Positions 32,001 through 41,546 of a stretch of 64,000 nt of DNA are shown one piece after another; within the stretch, counting starts at the first letter, position 1; each line of letters begins with the position of its first letter. The position numbers and the translations under genes are program-made. The notes under the pieces were generated by a model, which saw only the letters and a program-made list of their open reading frames with translations, made no database searches and had not been told where the DNA came from. Source of the DNA: Sedimentisphaerales bacterium (GTDB lineage: Bacteria > Planctomycetota > Phycisphaerae > Sedimentisphaerales > Anaerobacaceae); contig OY970194.1 in the NCBI GenBank assembly GCA_963708075.1, positions 1,696,001-1,760,000 of the forward strand, written 5' to 3'.

Positions 32001-34078
32001 TGGACGACATCCTGGTCTTCCACGACTGCCGGAGCGATCTTGAGCAACTGAAGCATGAAATCCGCCTGCTGCCGCTCCAGGTTGCGCAGTTCCATCGTCA
32101 GTGCCTGCACGGATTGCACGCCGTTGCCGTTCTCATCTGCTTTAACAGGTGCGGGTGTGATCGGAGAATCCTCGGTCGTGCGCTCCTGGCGAATCGCGTT
32201 GCGAAGCTGCGCGGCCTTGGCCCGGGCCAGACTCATGCCGAGACGCAGCGAATTGGGGTCGCTCGAGTTCAGGTGGGAGATCGCCTCTTCCGCCTCGGGG
32301 ATATGTCCCCTGGCGATCAAAGCCCCGATACGCAACACCCTGCTTCTTTCCGTCTGCCCGAACCTCTCATCGAAGATGCCGACAGCGTTCAACACCATAT
32401 CGTACGATCTCGCCTGGAGCAGGGTCTCCGCGTAATCCAGAAGCACATTCGGCTTCATGTCGATGATGCCGGCCCCGAGCGCCGAGCCGAGGAATTCGAT
32501 GACGGCCCCGATCTCGGTCGTCCCCTTGAAGATGTTGGCAAGCGTGTAGGACAGGAGCGGGTCCCTTTCCTGCGGCGTGCTGGAAGCCTTGATCTGCTCG
32601 TAGGCGGCGTAGAGACTCCGGATCGCCTTGCCGGTGTTGCCGCGGGCCAGATCGAGCATTCCCTGCCACATCACCACCTGCGGGTTCTGCCCGCTGCCGC
32701 GAATCTGCTCGATCTCGTGCACCGCCGTTTCGACCTTGGTGAGCATCTCCGCACGCTGCGGCGACGATCTGTCCAAGGTCAGCATGCGCTCCACGTACCA
32801 TCCGGCCAGAGACGCGCACAGGGAGAAACGGCAGGCCTGCCGGGCATACTGGCGCGGTCCCGGGACGTCCTGCGCGTCCGGCAGCGTGAGCGCTCGCTCC
32901 GCAAGCTCGATCGCCCTGAGCAACGCCGCCTCGTCCCCCATAAGGGAGTACTTGCGGTAGTACAATCGTGAGGTGAATCTCGCATACAGGACGTTGTTCT
33001 TGTCCAGAGTGCCGGCCTTTTCCGCCGCATCGATCGCATGACCCAGCGCTTCCGCCGCCGCGGCGGAGCCCAGGTACGCTGAGTACACCGAGTAGAATTC
33101 CGCCGTTACGGCGGAGGCATTTGCATTTTCCGGGAACTTCTCGACGAGCCCCTGGTACTCCTGCTGCAGGGCCTGCATCTCGGTCCGTGTCGCAGCCGCC
33201 CTGCCGGTCCTTGCCACGGCGAACTTGCGCGTCACGAAGTTGATGCACGCCTGCGGGACGTTTCCGGTCGCCTTCATGCCTTCCGCCAGGATCTCATTGG
33301 CCTGCCTGGCCGCGGCCTCTTTCTGATCGAGACTGCCTCGCGACGCGACGTTCTCGCCCCGTTGCAGGATGACTCTCGCCAGATAGTAGTAAATATCAGG
33401 GCTATTGGGGTCCATTTCCCTGGCTTTCTGCAGGCTCCCTTCCGCTTGCTGGAGCAGCTCATCCGGCGACGTCACCGACCCCATGCTCGCCATCTCCAGC
33501 GCCGCCCGCCCCCGGATGAGGTGCAGGCAGGGTCCAAGGCGAGCGATGCCGCCGGCCCAGCGAGGCTCCTCCGCCTTCCCGAAGGACGGCTCCCACTGCA
33601 TCACGGGGTCATTCATCGCCCCGGCGCTTTGAGCGATCTCCATCAGCTCCGTGGTCTGCTTGAGCACCTCCTCCCAGTACTCATTCATGCTCTGGCCGAC
33701 GCTGCTGAGGCTGTCCGCCAGGATATAGGCGTACTTGAGCCGGCCGACCCGGGCCCGCAGGTTCTGCGGGTCCGCCGTGACGATCTGCTGCCAGCAGCCC
33801 AGAATGCTGCGCCAGTCCTGCGTCTGGTTGAATACGTCGGCCAGTTGGAAGTATAAACCGATCTTGTCCTGCGGCGAGCGCGTCAGGCCGATCGCACGGG
33901 AGTAGTTGCGCCGGGCCGATTCGTAGTCCCCGGCCGCCTTGGCCGCGTCGCCATCAGCGATGTACTGGGCGGGATTGCGGCTGAGCTTGAGGATGACCAC
34001 GACCGCCCCCAGCGCCAACAGCAGGAATACCGTCGAGCCAATCAGTGCGACCTTTTTGTTGAGACGTCTCCTCGCCAT
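29089..34078 (-). pseudogene. Giant membrane-anchored TPR protein (~1660 aa if intact), frameshifted near 31670
   Basis: ORF 31649..34078 ends ...YLRQTIESPA* while the overlapping frame continues ...RQLSPRHEAASYLFD into TPRs ending LNNLAY...YLDTYAFV. One missing base restores it; could be an assembly error. Confidence 0.8.
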
Positions 34079-34089
34079 TACACTTCCTT

Positions 34090-34833
34090 TCAGTCCGGCC
34101 AGTGTTCCTGCTCCAGAATGGGCAAGATCACACTCAGGAGCTTTTCGCTGGCCTCCGTGGCGGCTGCCTTTGCCGGGGCGACATACCCCTGGTTGAAAAC
34201 CAGCTCGATCTTACAGAAATACGCATGTTTGCCGAAGATGTTTTTGTTCAGGGCCATGCGGGCGTCATCCCGGCTGCCCGCGTACTCCCCGTTCACGCGA
34301 AACAGGTACAGGACCGGAAATTGGCCCCCGCCTTGCAGGACGTCGCCGGCCGAAGCCCCGAAGAGGAGATACCGCCCCGGGACACTCCGGGCGTCACCCT
34401 CTGCGCCGAGTTGGAAGGTGACCCCGTTTGTCGCGATCCGTCGATAACCGCCGCCCGTGTAGCATTCCTCCGGCACGTGCGGCACGCGATCCGGAAGCTT
34501 GTAGTACGTGATGAACAGCAACACGTTTCGTGTGGGATTGTCGCCGGGCACACGGGGGTCTTCCAGGACCCACTGGATATAGTCCTCCGTCCCGAGAGAC
34601 TTCAGTATGTCCTCATTCTCGATACTGAGCCTGGCCGCCACCCGGTACGGGGCCAGTTTCTTCTCGTCCATCGCGCTGAGCGGCTTCTTCAACGGCAGCG
34701 GCTCTTTCTTCATGTACAGGCCGAGCTGCTTCTTGGCTACCGACATCCCCGCCCCGGCCAATCCAAGCACCACCACACAGAGCAAGAACGCCGGTTGCAG
34801 GTAAGCCCTTTTGTTGTCCCCGGTCCGCTTCAT
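34090..34833 (-). CDS. epsI: Exosortase-associated EpsI-family protein
   Basis: N-terminal TM helix and PHVPEECYTGGGY motif; ATGA overlap with the exosortase. Confidence 0.85.
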   Translation of the reverse strand: MKRTGDNKRAYLQPAFLLCVVVLGLAGAGMSVAKKQLGLYMKKEPLPLKKPLSAMDEKKLAPYRVAARLSIENEDILKSLGTEDYIQWVLEDPRVPGDNPTRNVLLFITYYKLPDRVPHVPEECYTGGGYRRIATNGVTFQLGAEGDARSVPGRYLLFGASAGDVLQGGGQFPVLYLFRVNGEYAGSRDDARMALNKNIFGKHAYFCKIELVFNQGYVAPAKAAATEASEKLLSVILPILEQEHWPD

Positions 34834-35879
34834 CTCTCGCTCCGCCTCCTCACAATCACGTTGTCGCCGCCGGAGCCTTCGTCCTCCTCGATGAACAGGC
34901 TCGCCATGAACGTCGCGAGCAGGCCGTAGAAGGCAAAGGCGAGCGGCAGCATGGCCAGGCCGAGCATATCGTGATAAATCCCCTGCGTGTACTGGGGCTC
35001 GGCCAGGACGTAGATGAAACCCGTCACGGTCACGCGAATGACGTTGCAGAGGATCGCGATCGGCACCGTGCTCAGCAGCAGCACGATCCGCTGCCACATC
35101 GGCCGATAGTGCAGGTAGGCCATCGCCACTCCCAGAGCCAGAAAGGCCATCATCAGCCGCATACCGCTGCATGCCTCGGCCACGTCCAGCGGCGGCTCCA
35201 GCCGATGCCCCTTGTAAACGATATCGATGACAACGCCGCTGGCCGTCGCGTCCACCCCATGGAGCAGATTCAGCAACGCCGTGGCAACCGATGCGGCGAT
35301 CTGCCGCATGGGCGTGGTCAGACCCACGTAGTAGCGCCGCGGCAAAGGCACCGCGAACAGGAGAAACACAATCGGCAACCACGTATATTGGACCAGACGC
35401 CATCCGCCCAGAAACAACACGACCGCCCCGACGGCGGCGATCATCGACACCGGCCGGAAATAGGCGTATCCGGACGGACTCACCACGTTGAATACGTAGA
35501 AGGCCAGTATCGCCAGCAGGAGGAGCAGGCCCAGGTAATTCGGCCGGGTCTGATTCGCGGGCAAGCGGCCGAGCCGGCGATTTCGGAACAGTTCGGCCAG
35601 CGGGTCCCGCACGTACTCCAAGCCGAGGATTTTCCGGCGGCGCTGGTGGATGAAATACAGGCTGAACAAAGGGATGAGGAAACCGTGCGACCAACTGGGG
35701 TCCGTCAGCCACAGATGAACCAGCTCCTGCAATTCGCTACGGAACAGGAAGCCCAACAGCGCCGCGAGAATCGCGATCTTCAAGTAACTGTGCAGCCCGA
35801 GCTCACCCCATCGGCGATCCTGCAGGGATGGGTCCGTGCCATACCCCCGGGTCGGTGACGAACCAAGCGTCTGAGCCAT
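34830..35879 (-). CDS. epsH: Exosortase (EpsH family)
   Basis: WSHGFLIP, catalytic VAEACSGMR, NVIRV and YHDMLG; multiple TM helices. Confidence 0.95.
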   Translation of the reverse strand: MAQTLGSSPTRGYGTDPSLQDRRWGELGLHSYLKIAILAALLGFLFRSELQELVHLWLTDPSWSHGFLIPLFSLYFIHQRRRKILGLEYVRDPLAELFRNRRLGRLPANQTRPNYLGLLLLLAILAFYVFNVVSPSGYAYFRPVSMIAAVGAVVLFLGGWRLVQYTWLPIVFLLFAVPLPRRYYVGLTTPMRQIAASVATALLNLLHGVDATASGVVIDIVYKGHRLEPPLDVAEACSGMRLMMAFLALGVAMAYLHYRPMWQRIVLLLSTVPIAILCNVIRVTVTGFIYVLAEPQYTQGIYHDMLGLAMLPLAFAFYGLLATFMASLFIEEDEGSGGDNVIVRRRSER

Positions 35880-35894
35880 ACCCCCCTGTTTTCG

Positions 35895-37898
35895 TCACAG
35901 CCAGTGAGGCAGGACGAAACCTTTCCCAAAGTCCGCGTCAGCAAAGTTCCGGTCGTACACGAAGCCGAAGCCGTAGGCTGCCCGGAAGGCGTTCCGCAGG
36001 ACAGCCCGCCAGCGCGCAGTGGGATGAGTCCCGACGTTGATCAGGTCGTGTGGCTTGATGAAGAAGTCGGGCTGCTCTCCCGCGGCGATCTTGTCCAGGT
36101 CCACCATGACGATTTCTTCTTTTTCCTTTCCGATCCGTCGAATGACCTCGACGTTCTTGGGCCACGCCAGAGGTCCGAGGCCGCCGGCGGCGGCGATGGC
36201 CATCTTCAGGGTCATCGGCCGGCCGGTAATGTTGATCACCCCACTACGATTCACATTACCCATAATAAAGAATTCGCCAATGATGTCAACCGGCACGTAC
36301 ACCGTATCGCCCGGCTTGATCACGACATTGTATCGGGGGTCGCCGGCCAACAGCTTGTCGGCGGGAATCCGGAGCACCCGGCTCTGTGCGGCTTGCTCCC
36401 ACTCGATCTCCGGCGGCAACTGCTCCCGATCAGGCGGCGGCGTCGCTGTGCGGGTCTCCAATCCAGTCGGCAGCATCGGTCCCCGGGTCTCCAGTCCGGT
36501 CGGCACCGCCGGCACGGTCTGGGGTTGCCCCTTTGGGATCTGGACCCACTGACCGTCGCGATATACCCATTCAGACTGTCCGCCCGTGCCTGTCCCGGTT
36601 TCTTGCGGCTTCGGGGAAACGTCTGCGATCGGCCGGGTCGGCACCGGCACCCACTGGCCATTGCGAAAGACCCAATCGTAGCTCTCCCCCGCTTTCAGTT
36701 CGGGCGGGGCCGCCTGCGCAGGGCTGTTGGGTTCATTGGCCAGCACGATCGGCGACTGTACCACGTCCTGCGGCCGCCGAGGTTTGTCTGCGGGCGGTTT
36801 CGGCGACCCGACGAGCTGGAAGCCGTAAGGCATCACGCTGGCCGTGACACTCTCGTCTTGCTTTTTGGCCGGCGCGGGAGTGGGAACGACTTTCGCGCTC
36901 GTCGGGAAACTGTCCTTCTTCGCAGACGGCGCGATCAAGTCGAGCATCTCCCTCTCCAGCTCGAATTTCTCCGCCGGCTCGCGGGGCTCAGGGATGTCGG
37001 CCTTGCGAGGCGGGACGACTGAAGGCTCAGGCCCTCGCGGCGTTGCAGTCACGCCCTCCAGTCTGCTCGGCCCGCTCGATTGCGGCTGAATCAATTCCAG
37101 TTCCGATCCAGGCACGGACCTGACCGTATTGCCGCCAGTGTTCATGACCGGCACAGATCTGGCTGTATTGCCTCCGGTGGCCGGAGCAGGCGCCAATCTG
37201 GTCGTATCACCTCCGGTGATCGGAGCAGGCGCAGATCTGGCCGTATCTTCGCGACTGGCGGCAGGTGCGGCTTGCGTGTCATCCTTTCGCGAGACGTACA
37301 CGTAGCTGACGTTGAACTGCATGGGGCCGCCCGACGTCGCCAATGCATCGGTCAGCCGGAAATCGTAACGGGGAATGAGGTATCGTCCGGGCCGCGACAC
37401 GCCGTTGCCCAGGATCGAGAAGGTCCGCTGCTGCGAGTCCAGCAGGATCACTGTCACCGTGGGCTCCTTCAGGATGTTCGGCGCCAGCGTCCGCTTGATC
37501 TCCTCCTCCAGTTGCGTCTCCGTCAACCCCGCCGCCTGTATGCGGCCAACCTCAGGGATGGATATCTGCCCGGTCTCGGAAACCATGAACTGGTTAACCA
37601 GCGCGACCCCTTCCTGGAACAGCTCGTAAATCGAGACTTGGACGAGGTCGCCCGGTCGTAGTGCATAGTCGCCCTTCTGCGCGACGACGTCTTTGGGCCG
37701 GGGGTCCTCCGCACTCTCCCAGGCCACCGGGGTTTCCTCCGCCACGCCCAGCGAATCCAGGATGACATTGACCGCAGGCGTAGGCCGGAAACGCCCGACC
37801 TGCGTGGGGTCAAGGACCTTGTTGGTGCATCCCCCAATACTCAGGCCGACCACAACGGCCAATACCAGATCACAGATGATGACTCGTAAGTAGCCCAT
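35895..37898 (-). CDS. wza: Polysaccharide export lipoprotein (Wza-like) with a long Pro-rich repetitive linker
   Basis: Lipobox IGGC; YALRPGD...GQISIPEVGRIQAAGLT poly-export domain; SLBB domains; IKPHDLINV. Confidence 0.88.
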   Translation of the reverse strand: MGYLRVIICDLVLAVVVGLSIGGCTNKVLDPTQVGRFRPTPAVNVILDSLGVAEETPVAWESAEDPRPKDVVAQKGDYALRPGDLVQVSIYELFQEGVALVNQFMVSETGQISIPEVGRIQAAGLTETQLEEEIKRTLAPNILKEPTVTVILLDSQQRTFSILGNGVSRPGRYLIPRYDFRLTDALATSGGPMQFNVSYVYVSRKDDTQAAPAASREDTARSAPAPITGGDTTRLAPAPATGGNTARSVPVMNTGGNTVRSVPGSELELIQPQSSGPSRLEGVTATPRGPEPSVVPPRKADIPEPREPAEKFELEREMLDLIAPSAKKDSFPTSAKVVPTPAPAKKQDESVTASVMPYGFQLVGSPKPPADKPRRPQDVVQSPIVLANEPNSPAQAAPPELKAGESYDWVFRNGQWVPVPTRPIADVSPKPQETGTGTGGQSEWVYRDGQWVQIPKGQPQTVPAVPTGLETRGPMLPTGLETRTATPPPDREQLPPEIEWEQAAQSRVLRIPADKLLAGDPRYNVVIKPGDTVYVPVDIIGEFFIMGNVNRSGVINITGRPMTLKMAIAAAGGLGPLAWPKNVEVIRRIGKEKEEIVMVDLDKIAAGEQPDFFIKPHDLINVGTHPTARWRAVLRNAFRAAYGFGFVYDRNFADADFGKGFVLPHWL
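37108..37252 (-). repeat. 39-bp (13-aa) coding tandem repeat in wza
   Basis: DTARSAPAPITGG / DTTRLAPAPATGG / NTARSVPVMNTGG / NTVRSVPG. Confidence 0.85.
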
Positions 37899-38346
37899 TC
37901 CAGAGATTTATCGGCTCCACGCGCGCCCCGCTTAAGTTTTTGACCCCCCAGAACGCGAAGATCATAGATCACAAGTGGAATTGGCCGGCACGAGCATACC
38001 CAAGGGTGCATAGTAATCCGTGTAGGCACCCCCGTTTTCAGTACTGAAACCACCATATTCAGTCAGACAACAGACCTTCTGATACCGCCATTTGGACCTA
38101 AGAAACGCATATCCCGCCATCGCCAGTTTCACTGATCCCTTAACACCGCGACGTTTCGCTTGCCTTCGCGCCACCTGGCCCCTACAATAAGACTATGAAT
38201 TTGCAGGCTGGCCAGGGAAGGATTTCTGGTTGATGCCCTGGGGGCCGGCAATCCGCGGGTGTCATGCCGCAGTGAGATGCCATTCATAATCGTGGCATCA
38301 GGTAGCGTTCTTGTTCTCTGCAAAAACGGGTCGCGAAGGTTAGCTG

Positions 38347-38643
38347 ATGCGAATCACGGATATCATCTGGAAGGAAGCTATTGTTGAGAAGCTGAGCTAC
38401 AAGCATGGCGTGTCGATTGCAGAGGCCGAGGAAGTCCTTCGTACCAAGCCGGTGGTGCGCAAGGTGATCAAAGGACGCGTACGCGGCGAGGATGTGTACG
38501 CCGCCATGGCGCAGATCGCCGGCGGAAGGTACTTGATCGTCTTCTTCATTGACAAGAAGCGAGGCATGGCGTTGCCCATCTCGGCGCGCGACATGGACCC
38601 CGCCGAAAGGAAATACTATGCGAAGCACAAAGAGACGGGTTGA
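38347..38643 (+). CDS. BrnT-family toxin
   Basis: W...KL..KHGVS..EAEEVL...GRYLIVFF...ISARDM...ERKYY. Confidence 0.88.
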   Translation: MRITDIIWKEAIVEKLSYKHGVSIAEAEEVLRTKPVVRKVIKGRVRGEDVYAAMAQIAGGRYLIVFFIDKKRGMALPISARDMDPAERKYYAKHKETG

Positions 38644-38887
38644 CCCGCTGCCGGACGAGTTCAAGTCACATGAGGAGGCAGCGGAATTCTGGGACACCCA
38701 CAGCATCACCGACTATGAGGAATTCCTGGAGCCTGCTGATCTTAACGTGGACATCCAGAGACGACACTTTCAGATCGAGGTGGATGAAGAGAGTTTCCTG
38801 GCTCTACGTGAGACCGCCAAAAAAGAACAGAAACCCGTCAAACAACTCGCCAGTGAAATCCTCAAGCAGAGGCTCGGCACTGGCTGA
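38618..38887 (+). CDS. Cognate antitoxin (BrnA/CopG-like)
   Basis: LPDEFKSHEEAAEFWDTHSITDY plus an RHH-like C-terminus; overlaps the toxin gene end. Confidence 0.85.
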   Translation: MRSTKRRVDPLPDEFKSHEEAAEFWDTHSITDYEEFLEPADLNVDIQRRHFQIEVDEESFLALRETAKKEQKPVKQLASEILKQRLGTG

Positions 38888-38966
38888 CGGCAGGAAAGAC
38901 GCATCGGATGCCGTCGCGCCTCCCGCCCAACGCGTGCTTGCCCGAGGAGCTTTTGGAGACGGCCCC

Positions 38967-39185
38967 ATGACAGACCCCATCCACGAAGAGATTCACAAGT
39001 ATCGGGAGGAGCATGCTCGCAAGTTCAACTTCGATTTGGCTGCTATCTGCAAGGACCTGAAAGAGCGATCACGTAACCTCAAGGTGGTTCGCCTACCTCC
39101 GAACAAGCTAAGCCCCAAGAAGGGAAATAAGGTATGTCGCAACACGTCCCCCTTGCCTTTCTGCTGGCTTAGCTCTACAATATGA
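38967..39185 (+). CDS. Small protein of a type usually paired with PIN-domain toxins
   Basis: MTDPIHEEIHKYREEHARKFNFDLAAICKDL; GGAG ribosome-binding site. Confidence 0.65.
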   Translation: MTDPIHEEIHKYREEHARKFNFDLAAICKDLKERSRNLKVVRLPPNKLSPKKGNKVCRNTSPLPFCWLSSTI

Positions 39186-39348
39186 CTATGGAATCGCAGG
39201 CTCGTGCGCTTTTTGAGACGGACAAGAAAAGGTCGAGGCTGACACCGTGTGGCCAAGAAACCGTGATTTTGCGCTACACTAACCGCGAGGCGTGTAAACG
39301 CACTTGTCACCAACGCAATATAGTCATGGGTACGGGGAGGACCGTTCT

Positions 39349-39750
39349 ATGAAGACATCAGGGTTTTGGGGACATTTCGAAGAGCCCACAGCGGAGGCTA
39401 ATTCTCATTCCAGAGCCATTTGTGGCACCCAAACCAGGCAGCGAGAAGAGCCTGACCAACGAAACACATTCGTTATTGCAGACACAAAGACCGTGACGAA
39501 CACCCGGGAAGAAGCAGATCAAGATATCCATAATGGACACCATTGTGCGATACCGATCCGTGTTGCCTCCGGTGAAACGTTCACGAAACAGCGAGAGGAG
39601 CCTGATCAAGACGAAAGCAATCAAATCCATGTGGCAGTCCCTAGGCAATCTCTTTGCCGCACTCAGACGATGACGGAAGGACGAGAGGAACCAGACCAAG
39701 ACCAAAGCAGCTACGGATACAGTCCAATCCCTGTGAACACAAAAACATGA
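39349..39750 (+). CDS. Multi-core graspetide (omega-ester peptide) precursor
   Basis: GGAGG RBS; 133 aa; leader motif FWGHFEEP; four TxTxxREE(P/A)DQ(D/R) repeats; ATGA overlap with the ATP-grasp gene. Confidence 0.88.
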   Translation: MKTSGFWGHFEEPTAEANSHSRAICGTQTRQREEPDQRNTFVIADTKTVTNTREEADQDIHNGHHCAIPIRVASGETFTKQREEPDQDESNQIHVAVPRQSLCRTQTMTEGREEPDQDQSSYGYSPIPVNTKT

Positions 39751-40727
39751 ACATGACCGCTGAGCACGTTCTTGTCCTCACAAATTCATCTGACGTCACG
39801 TCCGACTATCTATGCTCAAGATTCGAGCAGGCACGGGTCGAATTCTCTCGATTCGACACAGACAGAGACTGCCGTGAAGCTGCGTTTCTATACCAAGCGC
39901 GAAGCCCCAGGCTCAAATGGGCTACACACTCCCTCACCGCAGATCAAGTAACAGCCGTCGTACTCAGACGACCCAAACCTGCGGAGGTTCACAGGAATAG
40001 CGACGTGTACTCCGAGAGGCATACCGCCGGAGAATGGTCAGAGGCAATAGAGGGATTCCTCGCTCATATAGACGAAACACTCTGGGTCAATCACCCAGCA
40101 AGGAATAGCGCCGCAAGCCACAAGATTGAGCAACTCAGCCGCGCGGAGAGGTACGGCTTACACGTTCCGCGGACCCTCGTAACCACCAATATTCAGGAGG
40201 CCGAGAGATTTGTCCTCTCTGAGAAGAATGGTGTCATCGTCAAGCCACTGGCCAGCGGCTTCATCGAAAGGGAAAGGCATGAACAGGATACTGTCATTTA
40301 CACGAGCCACTTCAAAGCAGAGAACATAGGCCTTCTGAAAGAGATTCAGTTCTGTCCTGTTCTATTCCAGGAAATGATTCTCAAAGCAATTGACGTTCGT
40401 GTGACGATGCTAGATGGGATCATCGTCGCAACGGGGATAAGAGCCATGGGACCAGATGGCAGGCAACGACTGGATGTCCGACGGAACAACATGTCTGACG
40501 TTGAGTACGTTCCGACCGAACCGCCGGCTGAAGTATCAGCCGCTGCTAGGTCGTTGGTGCGAAGCTATGGACTGCGCTTTGCTGCTCTTGATTTTGGCGT
40601 CGCGGAGTCCGGAGAGTGGTTCTTCTTTGAGATCAATCCTAATGGCCAGTGGGCATGGCTTGATCTTCATGGGAAGGCAGACATCGCATCGGTGTTTGTC
40701 AGACAATTGAAGGAGCCTCACCCTTGA
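39747..40727 (+). CDS. ATP-grasp peptide macrocyclase (MvdC/MvdD-like graspetide synthetase)
   Basis: VLVLTNSSDVTSDY, WVNHP...ASHKIEQL...GLHVPRTLVT, IVKPL, PVLFQEMI.K..DVRVT, DVRR, FAALDF and FFEINPNGQWAWL motifs. Confidence 0.92.
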   Translation: MNMTAEHVLVLTNSSDVTSDYLCSRFEQARVEFSRFDTDRDCREAAFLYQARSPRLKWATHSLTADQVTAVVLRRPKPAEVHRNSDVYSERHTAGEWSEAIEGFLAHIDETLWVNHPARNSAASHKIEQLSRAERYGLHVPRTLVTTNIQEAERFVLSEKNGVIVKPLASGFIERERHEQDTVIYTSHFKAENIGLLKEIQFCPVLFQEMILKAIDVRVTMLDGIIVATGIRAMGPDGRQRLDVRRNNMSDVEYVPTEPPAEVSAAARSLVRSYGLRFAALDFGVAESGEWFFFEINPNGQWAWLDLHGKADIASVFVRQLKEPHP

Positions 40728-41530
40728 GAATTGGCGACTTCCTATTGACGATCTGCAAGTCCTGCGAGAATGTTGGCGAAAAGGCATGCCGTGTAGCGAC
40801 TTATGCCCTTCTATTCATCCTGAACCCAGGCCATAGATATAGGGAAGTCAAGGCGCAGCGAATGGACGTAGGCGTGATACGGGACACCGATGCTCCAAGG
40901 ATCACACCTGTCAGTGCAGAAGCCGCTCGTGAGTATTTTCAGGAGGAACTCCGGAGAGGCCAAGTCGTCGATGAGAAGAATAAAGTCCTACTGACTGTCG
41001 CGGCTCTCTTGGTTGCAGCATGCGCAGCCATTGCATCCAACATTGAACCCAAATGGCCAATTCTCCTCCCACTAACCTTAACCGGGATTTCGGTCTTTCT
41101 TGTCCTAGTACACTTCGGTGTCCGATCTGTTCCTGTACCCAGCCATGAAATAACCGACCAAGAGAAACTGGCGGAGTCGTTCTCGGAATGCAGAAAGTCC
41201 CTCTCGCTGGCTACCTCCTATAGGGTAGGAGTCTATCGTGCTTCGCTGCGTGCCGCGACATTGGGCATTGTGTCGTTGCTACTTGTCTTTGCCTATTTTG
41301 CCTTCAGCAGAGCCGCATCTTCTGAGAACAAACTCATCAGGGCTGTGAAGAACGATTTGGAACTCGCAGATTGGCTACGGGGACCACAAGGCCCAGTCGG
41401 ACCGCCAGGGCCCAAGGGTGAACGAGGGCCAGAGGGCCCACAAGGTCCTATTGGACCTCAGGGGCCACAGGGATCTACTGGACCTGAAGCCTCACAAAGA
41501 TCCCTTGAGGATGGTGGCGAGGCGGGATGA
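40724..41530 (+). CDS. Membrane protein with a C-terminal collagen-like (Gly-X-Y)12 tail
   Basis: TTGA overlap with the ATP-grasp gene; three hydrophobic helices; GPQGPVGPPGPKGERGPEGPQGPIGPQGPQGSTGPE at 41381-41488. Confidence 0.75.
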   Translation: MRIGDFLLTICKSCENVGEKACRVATYALLFILNPGHRYREVKAQRMDVGVIRDTDAPRITPVSAEAAREYFQEELRRGQVVDEKNKVLLTVAALLVAACAAIASNIEPKWPILLPLTLTGISVFLVLVHFGVRSVPVPSHEITDQEKLAESFSECRKSLSLATSYRVGVYRASLRAATLGIVSLLLVFAYFAFSRAASSENKLIRAVKNDLELADWLRGPQGPVGPPGPKGERGPEGPQGPIGPQGPQGSTGPEASQRSLEDGGEAG

Positions 41531-41546
41531 TAACGACAGCCGTTCA

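Noticed and set aside
34834..35712. N-terminal extension of the EpsI ORF (540-aa call)
   Set aside because: It overlaps the exosortase in another frame; the ATGA-coupled start at 34833 fits EpsI.
39427..39702. Regularly spaced DNA repeats that could look CRISPR-like
   Set aside because: The repeats vary at synonymous positions and are conserved as protein; no cas genes are present.
38300..41545. Integron cassette array
   Set aside because: No integrase and no convincing attC sites between the genes.
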